Source: Naegleria gruberi (taxonomy: Eukaryota). Taken from it: a stretch of 64,000 bases of DNA. Position numbers and translations under genes: made by a program. Position 1 is the first letter of the stretch; each line of letters begins with the position of its first letter. Positions 55,545-64,000 of this stretch are shown piece by piece. The notes beneath the pieces are model-generated. The model did not search any database, was not told the DNA's origin, and worked only from the letters and a program-made list of their open reading frames with translations. The stretch lies in the NCBI GenBank assembly GCA_000004985.1, contig GG738886.1; one strand, 5' to 3'.

Positions 55545-56019
55545 TTTTTTGAATATTTAAATTGTAAATAATTAAGAATATTAACTTAAATGTGTTACTG
55601 ATAAGAGTTTATGTACCACATTTAATACTAATTAGTTCTTTATTCAAATTACTTTATTCGAAACAAGGCTATTCCAGTAAATTCCATGTACGATTCGCCT
55701 AAACGTATGTTAAAAATCTACCAATTCTTTTGAAAGATGTGATGGTTTCATTTGACTTTTGTTGACATTTCGAATAAAAAGCAATTATCTCTAAAATTAT
55801 TCATCATTAATTCAATTTTCATGTGCACAAACCTGAACATTTAATCTAATCTCACCATTTAATAAAATTTTGATGGCCACGAAAAGTCTTTCGCTCAAAA
55901 AAGGAAACCTTCAAAAAAGGAAACTGGTTAAATAATTTCCAAAAAAGAATCTGAGCTCGTTTCATTTGTGATGTTCGTAGACTTTAAGGGTCTCTTTCAA
56001 GAAGAATCACAACAAGAAA

Positions 56020-57813
56020 ATGGGTCAAAACATTCATGCTCCACGTGTTTTCATTTCCTCTAACGAAAAGCAAGGAGACGAATATGTAATTAGTGGAAAC
56101 CTTTCGAATAACAGTTCAACACCAACTAATCTCCACAGTCATAATGTATTTGATGATGCACATTCTAATGGATTATCTCCACCTCATCCTTCTGGTCAAG
56201 CTCCTTTAATTATTGTTGGAGGTTCTTCAAGTGGCAGTAGTAGTGGAGGTGATGAAATAGTTTCGTCTCCTTTCCATTCACCTCGTTCTCCAAAATTTGT
56301 TAGAAATCATGACGATGTAATATTTGACAATCTTTCTGATTCTTCCTATTCTACTTCTCCACAAAATTCACCGAAACTAACCTCAAGAACCAAGAGAATG
56401 AGCTCTGGTCCAAACTACTCACCAAAACTTGAAAATTTTAGAAAGACTCAACAGCAACAAACTAAACAACCAACTGTTTGGTTTTCTTCTGTTTCTAATG
56501 AATCTGATTGGATGGACCATTCGAATAGATTTGCTCATACCAAAAAGCAAAAAATGGTTCTCATGTTAAGTTATGGAGTAAATACTCATTCTGAAGATTT
56601 ATTTCAATATTGGTTTCAGAGATTTTTACCAAAAAGTGAAGAAACACAAACCAAAAGCAAGATTATGCAATTGTGTGCTTTATATTTGAGAAGATTGTGT
56701 TTTGCATATGTAAATAGAAGTTGTTCATCTCAATTAATTCAAGAATGTTCTACATCAACTTGTTCTAATGAAGGTGTTGATCAGATGGTGGACTATTCGA
56801 AAACATTGAAAAGGTTTGATTCATGGTCATTATCACCACTCACTAGAGAAGAAACATTTTCACATGATGATTTCATCAATGAACTCATTGACATGTTAGT
56901 TAACAATGATGAATCATTTATTTTACAATCACTTGGTCATTGGAATGCAAATATTCTCACAAATATGGAATTGTTATGGAAGAGTGAGGCTATTCAACGT
57001 GCAGCCTCTAAATTAGTTGAACAGCAGGTTTACATGGATGAGAAAGTTTATGCAGAGTACTTTTTAAATTCCATTCCTCACTTATTAGATTCTAGTTACA
57101 ATTTAACAGTTTCAGATTTATCGAATGCACAGAGACGTAAATTCAAAATTAATGAAATTAAGATTGTCGATCAGGGAAATTATGATTGTCTCTATTCAGT
57201 ATTGGATATTTCAAGTATGGGAGGAGAAAAGACGAAGTGGTTGAGATCATTCAATAACGTTGATGGATTTTTAATGATTTTTTCACTAGATGAGATAGCT
57301 CAAGACAAATCAGTCCTTCAGAAATCTTTGCATTCCTTCAGAGAAATGACTAGTTACTTCTTTGGAAATAATCAGCAACAAAATGGATGTAAAACTCAAA
57401 TCTATGTATGCTTTTCCAATGTTGCTGAATTCTGCAAATTGGTCAAATCAGAAGAATTACCACTTCAACATTCACTCAAAGGAGATGTCAAGAATCCTTC
57501 CATAGTTTTCAAATATATAGTTTCCCAATTCATGGCCAGTAATGGCAGTTGTTCCAATAATTTAACAGAGAGAAATCCAACAAGTTCTCAAAACATTTCC
57601 TTCTATGCCATTGATAGTTTCTCAGACTATTATTCAATGTACGAATTTACGAGTTATTTACTTGAGGGAAGAAATTATTTCAGTGAACTGATAACAGGTG
57701 CTAAGGAGAAGAGAGAAGTATCGAGGAGAGGTGAATTGTTTTCCATGTGCAAATTGAGTCATGATGATAAATTGAAAAGGAAATTGATAGATATTTCATT
57801 TAACTTTGAGTAA
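56020..57813 (+). CDS. Heterotrimeric G-protein alpha-subunit-like protein with degenerate nucleotide-binding motifs (a likely pseudo-GTPase). It has an MGQ N-terminus and a Ser/Pro-rich linker.
   Basis: Switch region RKFKINEIKIVDQGNYDCLYSVLDISSMGGEKTKWLRSF aligns with G-alpha RVKTTGI...FDVGGQRSERKKWIHCF (DVGGQ replaced by DISSMGGE). IYVCFSNVAEF aligns with IILFLNKKDLF (NKxD lost). FYAIDS aligns with TCATDT. There is no GxxxxGKS P-loop. Confidence 0.65.
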   Translation: MGQNIHAPRVFISSNEKQGDEYVISGNLSNNSSTPTNLHSHNVFDDAHSNGLSPPHPSGQAPLIIVGGSSSGSSSGGDEIVSSPFHSPRSPKFVRNHDDVIFDNLSDSSYSTSPQNSPKLTSRTKRMSSGPNYSPKLENFRKTQQQQTKQPTVWFSSVSNESDWMDHSNRFAHTKKQKMVLMLSYGVNTHSEDLFQYWFQRFLPKSEETQTKSKIMQLCALYLRRLCFAYVNRSCSSQLIQECSTSTCSNEGVDQMVDYSKTLKRFDSWSLSPLTREETFSHDDFINELIDMLVNNDESFILQSLGHWNANILTNMELLWKSEAIQRAASKLVEQQVYMDEKVYAEYFLNSIPHLLDSSYNLTVSDLSNAQRRKFKINEIKIVDQGNYDCLYSVLDISSMGGEKTKWLRSFNNVDGFLMIFSLDEIAQDKSVLQKSLHSFREMTSYFFGNNQQQNGCKTQIYVCFSNVAEFCKLVKSEELPLQHSLKGDVKNPSIVFKYIVSQFMASNGSCSNNLTERNPTSSQNISFYAIDSFSDYYSMYEFTSYLLEGRNYFSELITGAKEKREVSRRGELFSMCKLSHDDKLKRKLIDISFNFE

Positions 57814-58228
57814 AATATTTCAAAAATTGGATTTGATTTTAAAATTTTGAAATATTTCATTCAATTATAGAAATTATATTATTGAATTGATTTAAATAAT
57901 AGAATAATAATATTAAATTGCTTTTTACAAAGGCCTTAATTTTACTTCTCTCCAATAAATTAATCAGCCTTCTAAAAAGCCTTCTTTGAGTTCCAAAAAA
58001 GTACTCTATGAAATTTCCATAACATCTAACTCTCCATCACGATCATATCGATTATCATCTTTTATTCATCACAATTCTTTCATTCATAACCAAATTGCAA
58101 TATTACTAGATAATATTATCTTTTGTACAAACAACACATTTATGCTTGTAGTATTTAATGCCATAACGAGTGATCAATAAAGGGGTCCAAAAAAGAAACT
58201 TTTTTAATAAGAGACCACTCACAAAAAA

Positions 58229-59846
58229 ATGAAGACCTTCCTCTCACGTGTTGCCTCTCAATCAAAGAAAGGTACGTAATTTATTCGGCTCTTTATGTTG
58301 TTAATTATTGTTCTTCTTCTTCTGTTGTTGACTAATTTAAATTGTGCAATGTTGGCGCGGATATTGATATTTTGTATTGAAATTTTACTTTGATACAAAT
58401 AATAATAACAATTACATTATCACTTGTACCAATAATAATAACAATAACACTAATAACAAATAATGCTGCTGCCTAACTTCATCATGATGTTTCTTTCTAC
58501 ATCTAATACAATCACGAAAATATTTAAAAATGTTCTTTAATATTCAACTAAAATGATCTGTGAAATTGATTGGATTTTCTTCATCTTGGTAAATAGTTAA
58601 TTCTATTAACATCAAGAATACCACACAACAAAGATGCCTCAACATTCACGAATATCAAGCTAAGGAACTCTTCAAACAATTCGATGTTCCTCACCAAAGA
58701 GGTATTACCATTGATAACTTGGAAGCCATTCCAGCTACTCTTGCTCAATTGAAGACTGAAACTGGTACCAAGAACTTTATTGTCAAGTCTCAAATTTTGG
58801 CTGGTGGTAGAGGTAAAGGATCATTCATTGAAAATGGATTCCAAGGAGGTGTTAAATTCACAAAGAACGAACAAGTTGCTGCTGATGTTGCTAGCAAAAT
58901 GCTCGGTAATACTCTCGTAACTAAACAAACTGGTGAAAAGGGTATCAAGGTCGACAAGCTCTTCTTTGCTGAATGCTTGGACTTTAACAGAGAATTCTAC
59001 TTTGCCATCCTCTTGGACAGAGCTGCTCAATGCCCAGTTTTCGTCGGAAGTTATGAAGGTGGTATGGATATTGAACAAGTTGCTGAAGAAAAGCCAGAAG
59101 CTATCAAGACTTTGCTCATCAGAGATCTCGAAAATGGTCCAACTCTTGCTGATGCCACTGAATATGCTAAGGAACTCCAATTCAAGAAGCCAGAACAAGC
59201 TGCTCAAATCATGAAGAAGTTGTACACCATGTTCCGTAAGACTGATGCTGCTCAATTGGAAATCAATCCACTCGTTGAACTTGATAACACTGCTGATCTC
59301 TCATGTGTTGACTGTAAATTGAACATTGATGATAATGCTGCTTTCAGACAAGCTAACATCTTTGCTATGCGTGATTGGGCTGCTGAAGATCCAAGAGAAG
59401 TTGAAGCTGCCAAATGTGAATTGAACTATATCGGATTGGATGGTAACATTGGTTGTTTGGTCAATGGTGCTGGTTTGGCTATGGCCACTATGGACATTAT
59501 TCAATTGCACGGTGGTGCTCCAGCTAACTTTTTGGATGTTGGTGGTGGTGCCACTACTAACCAAGTTAAGCAAGCTTTCACTATCATTTTGAAGGATGAA
59601 AGTGTCAAGTGTGTTTTGGTCAACATTTTCGGTGGTATCATGAGATGTGATGTTATTGCTGAAGGTATTGTTCAAGCTGCTCGTGAATTGGGTGTCCGTA
59701 TTCCAATCGTTGTTCGTTTGGCTGGTACTAATGTTGATAAGGGTCTCCAAATCTTGGAAGAAGCTGCCAAGACTGGTACTCTTAAGGTTATTGCTGCTAA
59801 GGATCTCGATGATGCTGCCATCAAGTCAGTTGCTCAATTGAAATAA
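58229..59846 (+). CDS. LSC2: Succinyl-CoA ligase beta subunit (mitochondrial). Exons are 58229..58271 and 58597..59846, with a 325-nt intron (gtacgt...aaatag).
   Basis: ATP-grasp SCS-beta N-terminus ...RCLNIHEYQAKELFKQFDVP..., plus GGRGKG and the ligase-CoA domain. Very strong preferred-codon bias. Exon 1 (MKTFLSRVASQSKK) supplies a presequence-like N-terminus in phase 1. The track ORF starts at TTG 58719. Confidence 0.9.
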
Positions 59847-59939
59847 ATAATTTCTACTAATTTGCTAATTTAAATCACCTTAGATTAATTAGAAAATGCA
59901 AACAGTTCACATTTGTTCAACATCAAACAATATTAAAAA

Positions 59940-60758
59940 ATGTCACAACAAGCAAACAAAGGAAAAGTTGCTCTCGTTATTGTTGGGTAGGTTTAAATTG
60001 ACATTATTCATCATAACCTCCATCAACATTAAATTATCAAACGTGATCATCTGTTATTATTATTATTATCAGATCTGTGGGTTGCATCTCGGCCGTTTCC
60101 TTTTTATTCTCCTTATCAATGGCTATCTGGGGTTGTATGTAGAATTGTATAAAGATAATAATAATAATAATATATTCAATATATATTTAATCTTGATCAT
60201 GATCAATATTAATTTCTTCAGTTACCGTTCATAATGATATCAAATTAGATAAGAATAGTACAGGTTGCACATCTGAAACTATATCCGATTTAATGTTAGC
60301 CTATTGTATATTACTTGTTATTACAGCTTGTGGAAGTATTTGTAATTTATTAACTTCAATTTTAGATCAATGTTGTTGTGGTAATGGTGATAACACCAAT
60401 GGAGATGAACAAAGTAAGAAACCGAAACCATTTAATTCTCTATCACAATGTTGTTTTGCAATACTTGGACTTGCTGTTTGGGGTGTTTTAATTGCCTTGA
60501 CTGTTTACTTGTAAGTTTTCAGAACAAGTTGATGAAGAATTTAAATTGTTTAACATTAATTTATTGAAATATTCAAGATATAAGGATTCTTGTAGAGAAA
60601 TGAGAAAGGAAATGTATTCCTTAATGAATCCATTCATTATTACTCAATATGTTGCATTCCCATTGTTCTGTGTATGTGCAACTTGTTTGGCAATTTGTGT
60701 TCAATGTTGTGCAGTATTTGCTGTTGCTGCATTTGATGAAAGATATAGCAGAGTTTAA
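59940..60758 (+). CDS. Small Cys-rich multi-pass membrane protein (about 162 aa), three exons: 59940..59986, 60259..60510, 60578..60758. Introns are 272 and 67 nt.
   Basis: MSQQANKGKVALVIVG | TGCTSETISDLMLAYCILLVITACGSICNLL...DQCCCGNGD...SQCCFAILGLAVWGVLIALTVY | LYKDSCREM...CVCATCLAICVQCCAVFAVAAF. Phases are consistent (2, then 2). Three hydrophobic segments. CCC/QCC/CVQCC clusters. Confidence 0.5.
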
Positions 60759-60811
60759 ACATTTCAATGTAGCTTGAAAAAACTCCTGATTATTTATTTA
60801 TCTATGGAATC

Positions 60812-62845
60812 TTATAAAGATTTCTTTTCCAAATCAACTCCACAGTAATATTTACAATAATCGTAGAGGATCTTGGCAAGATAATTGGAGGAGAATGATG
60901 GCATTGGATTTCCCTTCTCTTTGGCTTCTTTTACAGCTTTGAGAATGCCATTATAATTGTCCATACAGAGCTTTTTGGATGAAATTGGATTGGTAAAGAC
61001 GAATTTCTTATTGAGGAAACCACCAAGGTTACAAGTTCTAGCTTCAACATAACGAGTTCTGTACTTGTCAACCATGTTGTAAATTCTGGAACCAACAAAT
61101 GGACACTTGATCAAATCCTTGATTTCTTCATTCTTGACGAAATCACTTGATTTGAATAGGAAGGCGTTTTCAATAAGTTTCTCACCATGGAAATGAGATT
61201 TGCTTGAAAATACAAATTGAACTCCTCTCAATGAGAATAGCGGACCAAAATCAAACTTGGAAGTCATAATTACAGCTGGATACTTTTGAATGGAGCTTGC
61301 AGCATTAATTGGAGTATAGTAATGCCATTGGACATTGTGGAAACAATATTCAAGATGACTATCAAAGTGTGTAGATTTCACAACGTCATTAATTGGATGA
61401 TCAAAATAACCAACAATCTTGGAATTTCTCAATTCTAAATTATCTCTGGAGTGATCTTCATCTGAATTCCATTGCATTACATTTGGCAATTTGGAATAGG
61501 TTAAATACCAATCACCACCATGTTCCCTACACATCCAATTTGAAAAGTTCCAATCACTGTCAATAACATGCTTGATATTCAAATCTTCATTATTGAACTT
61601 GAATTCTCTGTTGGCCTTCTCATTCTTCTCCTTCTTCTTTCTATAGATTTCAACAACATATTTTGGAAGATTTCCATCAACCAAACCATTCTCAAACCAC
61701 TTCCTGACCTTCTTGTTTTGTTTAAATTCAAAGATTGCAAACCAATCACCCAATTCTAATAGGAACATGTTACAAATGAGTTTAATTTCATCAAGCAGAC
61801 CAACAGTGAATCTATTCTCCTCAGAGATGGTTCCTCCAGTGCTATGAACCAACTCTTCCTTAGAGAGAAGTGCATGTTTTGGATCTTTACAATTCACACT
61901 TTGAGCTTGTAAGAATTCTCTCAAGTACACGTGTCTGAATAGTGGAGTATGATCCAATTGACTTGGTAGATACTTTAAATAGAACCATACCTTATCTGGT
62001 GATTCACTTTTAAGCTTTTCAATTTCAACAGATTCGTATGGCATCTTTAAAGCAATCAAAACTTTACAAAACAAATCCAATCGACTGAAAACAGCTTCAC
62101 TCGATTTGAAAACCTTTGATGGAACTTTCTCATTAATTGGATCAAAGAAATGTTCCAAAAACATCAACTTGATCTCAAATTCATTTGCCATCTTTGCTTG
62201 ATCTTCACAATAATCAAGGAATTTGTGTTTCAAATTTTCAATAATTTCATCACTGTTAGTTTTTGGAACTGGTTGATCTTGATAGTAAAAGTTTTGATGA
62301 TAATATGGTACAGAACTGTTGTGAGTGGTATTTAGTGGATTGGCTTGACAGTTATTTGGTGAGATACTCAAGTTATTTGGATTAGGTTGAGCATTGTTTG
62401 GATCTTGTAAACTGGAGAATGAATCAGACGAATCTGAATGGCCAGATTCAGAAGAATCGTATAGATTCGAACCAACAATACTTGTTGGTGTGGTACATTC
62501 AGCTGAATTTAAACTACCAGAACTGTTTCCATACATATTTATGAAATACTCCTTATCAGTGGAGCCAATTGATGAAGTACTATTGTTGACAGGACTTCCA
62601 GGTGAATTTCCAGTACCATGATTAGTGACATTTAGAAATAAATTGCTAGAGGAAGTATCTTTTGATTTGGAACTACCTGATGAGCTAGTAGAAACTGCAC
62701 ATGAACTTAAATTAGTTGAGTTATTCAAAAGATTTGCATATACCACACGTGGGTTGAGTAGAATGGTGACTGGAAGGATGAGTGGTTGTTTGTTTGGAGT
62801 TAGTTGAGTAGTTTCGTTTTTGGTGGATTTTCTGTTGTTGGCCAT
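60812..62845 (-). CDS. Hypothetical 677-aa protein with a Ser/Asn/Thr-rich low-complexity N-terminal third and a conserved-looking C-terminal region
   Basis: True ATG at 62845, single exon. No family confidently recognised. Confidence 0.55.
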   Translation of the reverse strand: MANNRKSTKNETTQLTPNKQPLILPVTILLNPRVVYANLLNNSTNLSSCAVSTSSSGSSKSKDTSSSNLFLNVTNHGTGNSPGSPVNNSTSSIGSTDKEYFINMYGNSSGSLNSAECTTPTSIVGSNLYDSSESGHSDSSDSFSSLQDPNNAQPNPNNLSISPNNCQANPLNTTHNSSVPYYHQNFYYQDQPVPKTNSDEIIENLKHKFLDYCEDQAKMANEFEIKLMFLEHFFDPINEKVPSKVFKSSEAVFSRLDLFCKVLIALKMPYESVEIEKLKSESPDKVWFYLKYLPSQLDHTPLFRHVYLREFLQAQSVNCKDPKHALLSKEELVHSTGGTISEENRFTVGLLDEIKLICNMFLLELGDWFAIFEFKQNKKVRKWFENGLVDGNLPKYVVEIYRKKKEKNEKANREFKFNNEDLNIKHVIDSDWNFSNWMCREHGGDWYLTYSKLPNVMQWNSDEDHSRDNLELRNSKIVGYFDHPINDVVKSTHFDSHLEYCFHNVQWHYYTPINAASSIQKYPAVIMTSKFDFGPLFSLRGVQFVFSSKSHFHGEKLIENAFLFKSSDFVKNEEIKDLIKCPFVGSRIYNMVDKYRTRYVEARTCNLGGFLNKKFVFTNPISSKKLCMDNYNGILKAVKEAKEKGNPMPSFSSNYLAKILYDYCKYYCGVDLEKKSL

Positions 62846-63378
62846 TGTTTGTTGTTTTTTTTGTGATATTTTGTTTTGTAGTGAGGTGGTTTAGTTTCGA
62901 ATAATGAATAAGTTGGATAATCTGCCATAGTATCATTTGAGCTTTATTCGAAACAATTAAATATTGTTTATTAAAGAGTTTATTTTCTAAATTGTAAAGT
63001 AATAATACTAAAATAGTAAAAGTTACGGTAACGGATTTGAAAAAATATTTCTTTATTCGAAACCAAAAAACAATCAAATTCCAAAAATTCTACTTTTAGG
63101 AAGGCAGTTAATGAAATTGGAAGAAACAGCCGTTGTTTCTAAAAAGTGTAATATGGTTGTATTATTCTTGGCTTCATACAAAATGAAAGTAATCTTCATT
63201 TCGAATATTATCTCGTGAAATATGAAATGGGTTAATGATCGAGCACTTGTGCTATCCTAACACCTTTTCGAATACAATGAAACTAAATTGGGATTTGTGA
63301 GGATTATATAGACCCCCTCAATTTCTAGTTCATCACCATGTTAAATTATATCACATTGTTGTATTAAGGAAACAATCT

Positions 63379-64000
63379 TCAGCAACACTTATAAAATGGT
63401 TTTCTGCAAAAATCATAAATTACAACTGATTCCAATAAATTACCCAACATTTCAGACTTAATTCTTTCCTTCTTGTTATATCTTAGTACTCCACGTAAAA
63501 TTTGTTGTAGTGGCTTTATATCACAAGTATTTTCGTATACTTTGACGCCCTCAATTCTTTTTTCAATATCACCTTCGACACATCCATCTAAAATATGTAA
63601 ACAAAACATTCCAAATGAGTATAAATCCGATTCTTGAGAGTAATCAATACCTTCTATCATCTCTGGAGGGATATATGAATCCATTGTACCAGCAACTGTC
63701 TGAATTTCGCTGCCATCACCCAAGTTACTCAATGACATGAAGGCTAATTTCCAAATACCGTTGTCATTGATAATATTTGAAAAATCCAAACACGTGTAAA
63801 CCAAGTTGTGACGATGTAGGAAACAAAATGTCTGTCCTACTCTTTTAATTAATGATATTCTATCATTTGGGATCATTTTGGACAAGTAGTAATTGCTTAA
63901 TGAGTCTCCATTTGGTGTCTCAATAATAAAATCGCCAGATTCACGAATTATTTTACATTGAATTGGTACGTATAAATCATTTCCTAAGTTTGTTCTTCAT
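63379..64000 (-). CDS. Protein-kinase-like protein, C-lobe present, 5' end beyond the window. Possible pseudokinase (YTCLD in place of HRD, no clear DFG).
   Basis: ...FIIETPNGDSL.NYL...HRHNLVYTCLDFSNII...TMDSYIPPEMIEG...ESDLYSFGMFCLHIL... follows kinase subdomain order V-XI. Confidence 0.6.

Noticed and set aside
58719-58721. ORF-track start codons taken at face value
   Set aside because: Several track 'M' residues are TTG/GTG/CTG (e.g. 58719 TTG, 48667 GTG, 32838 GTG, 51776 GTG, 53843 TTG, 16762 TTG), so those starts are not initiation sites. True ATGs or upstream exons were assigned by hand.
1-64000. Possibility that the source is an anaerobic gut fungus (Neocallimastigomycota), as suggested by AT-richness and the highly expressed SCS-beta
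   Set aside because: Intergenic regions are not extreme (>85% AT) homopolymer deserts. An SDHAF1 (complex II assembly) gene is present, indicating a conventional aerobic mitochondrion. Lineage is left as an unspecified AT-rich, probably fungal, eukaryote.
1-64000. Prokaryotic features (operons, RBS, CRISPR arrays, Rho-independent terminators)
   Set aside because: Sequence is clearly eukaryotic (spliceosomal introns, Pol III A/B-box tRNAs with T-run terminators, TATA/CCAAT promoters). No CRISPR-like direct-repeat arrays were seen.

Overview
Eukaryotic nuclear DNA, AT-rich (roughly 30-35% GC), gene-dense and intron-poor. Introns are GT-AG and many are ultra-short (37-50 nt) with CTAAT/TTAAT branch motifs, alongside a few of 110-330 nt. 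Codon usage is yeast-like (AGA, CAA, GGT, GCT, AAG, TTG). Together these point to an AT-rich unicellular eukaryote, most plausibly an early-diverging fungus. An SDHAF1 LYR protein and an ADP/GDP-forming succinyl-CoA ligase argue for aerobic mitochondria. A 13.5-kb run of N (1979-15500) truncates the genes on both sides. I annotate about 40 protein genes, three identical tRNA-Leu(UAA) genes, one dispersed 5S rRNA gene and one kinase pseudogene. The housekeeping genes recognised include PheRS-beta, importin-11, PCID2, CIA2, Trm4/NSUN2, CDC123 and a vWA protein. The ORF track calls M at TTG/GTG/CTG, so I checked true start codons by hand. The main discovery is a 4.9-kb CACTA-like DNA transposon at 31817-36718. 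It has a perfect 12-bp terminal inverted repeat beginning CACTAG and a 17-bp subterminal inverted repeat. It encodes a TNP2/Plavaka-like transposase, a small accessory ORF and a 2OG-Fe(II) dioxygenase with an H-K-D motif (TET/JBP-like) that lacks its own ATG. Secondary observations: an about 1.3-kb inverted duplication (97% identical) of an F-box/Rab-like GTPase gene plus tRNA-Leu, bracketing 22 kb; a candidate BLUF-like protein; a secreted polybasic tandem-repeat protein; a Cid1-family nucleotidyltransferase with a long extension; a degenerate G-alpha-like pseudo-GTPase; and several frame discontinuities, some at homopolymers.
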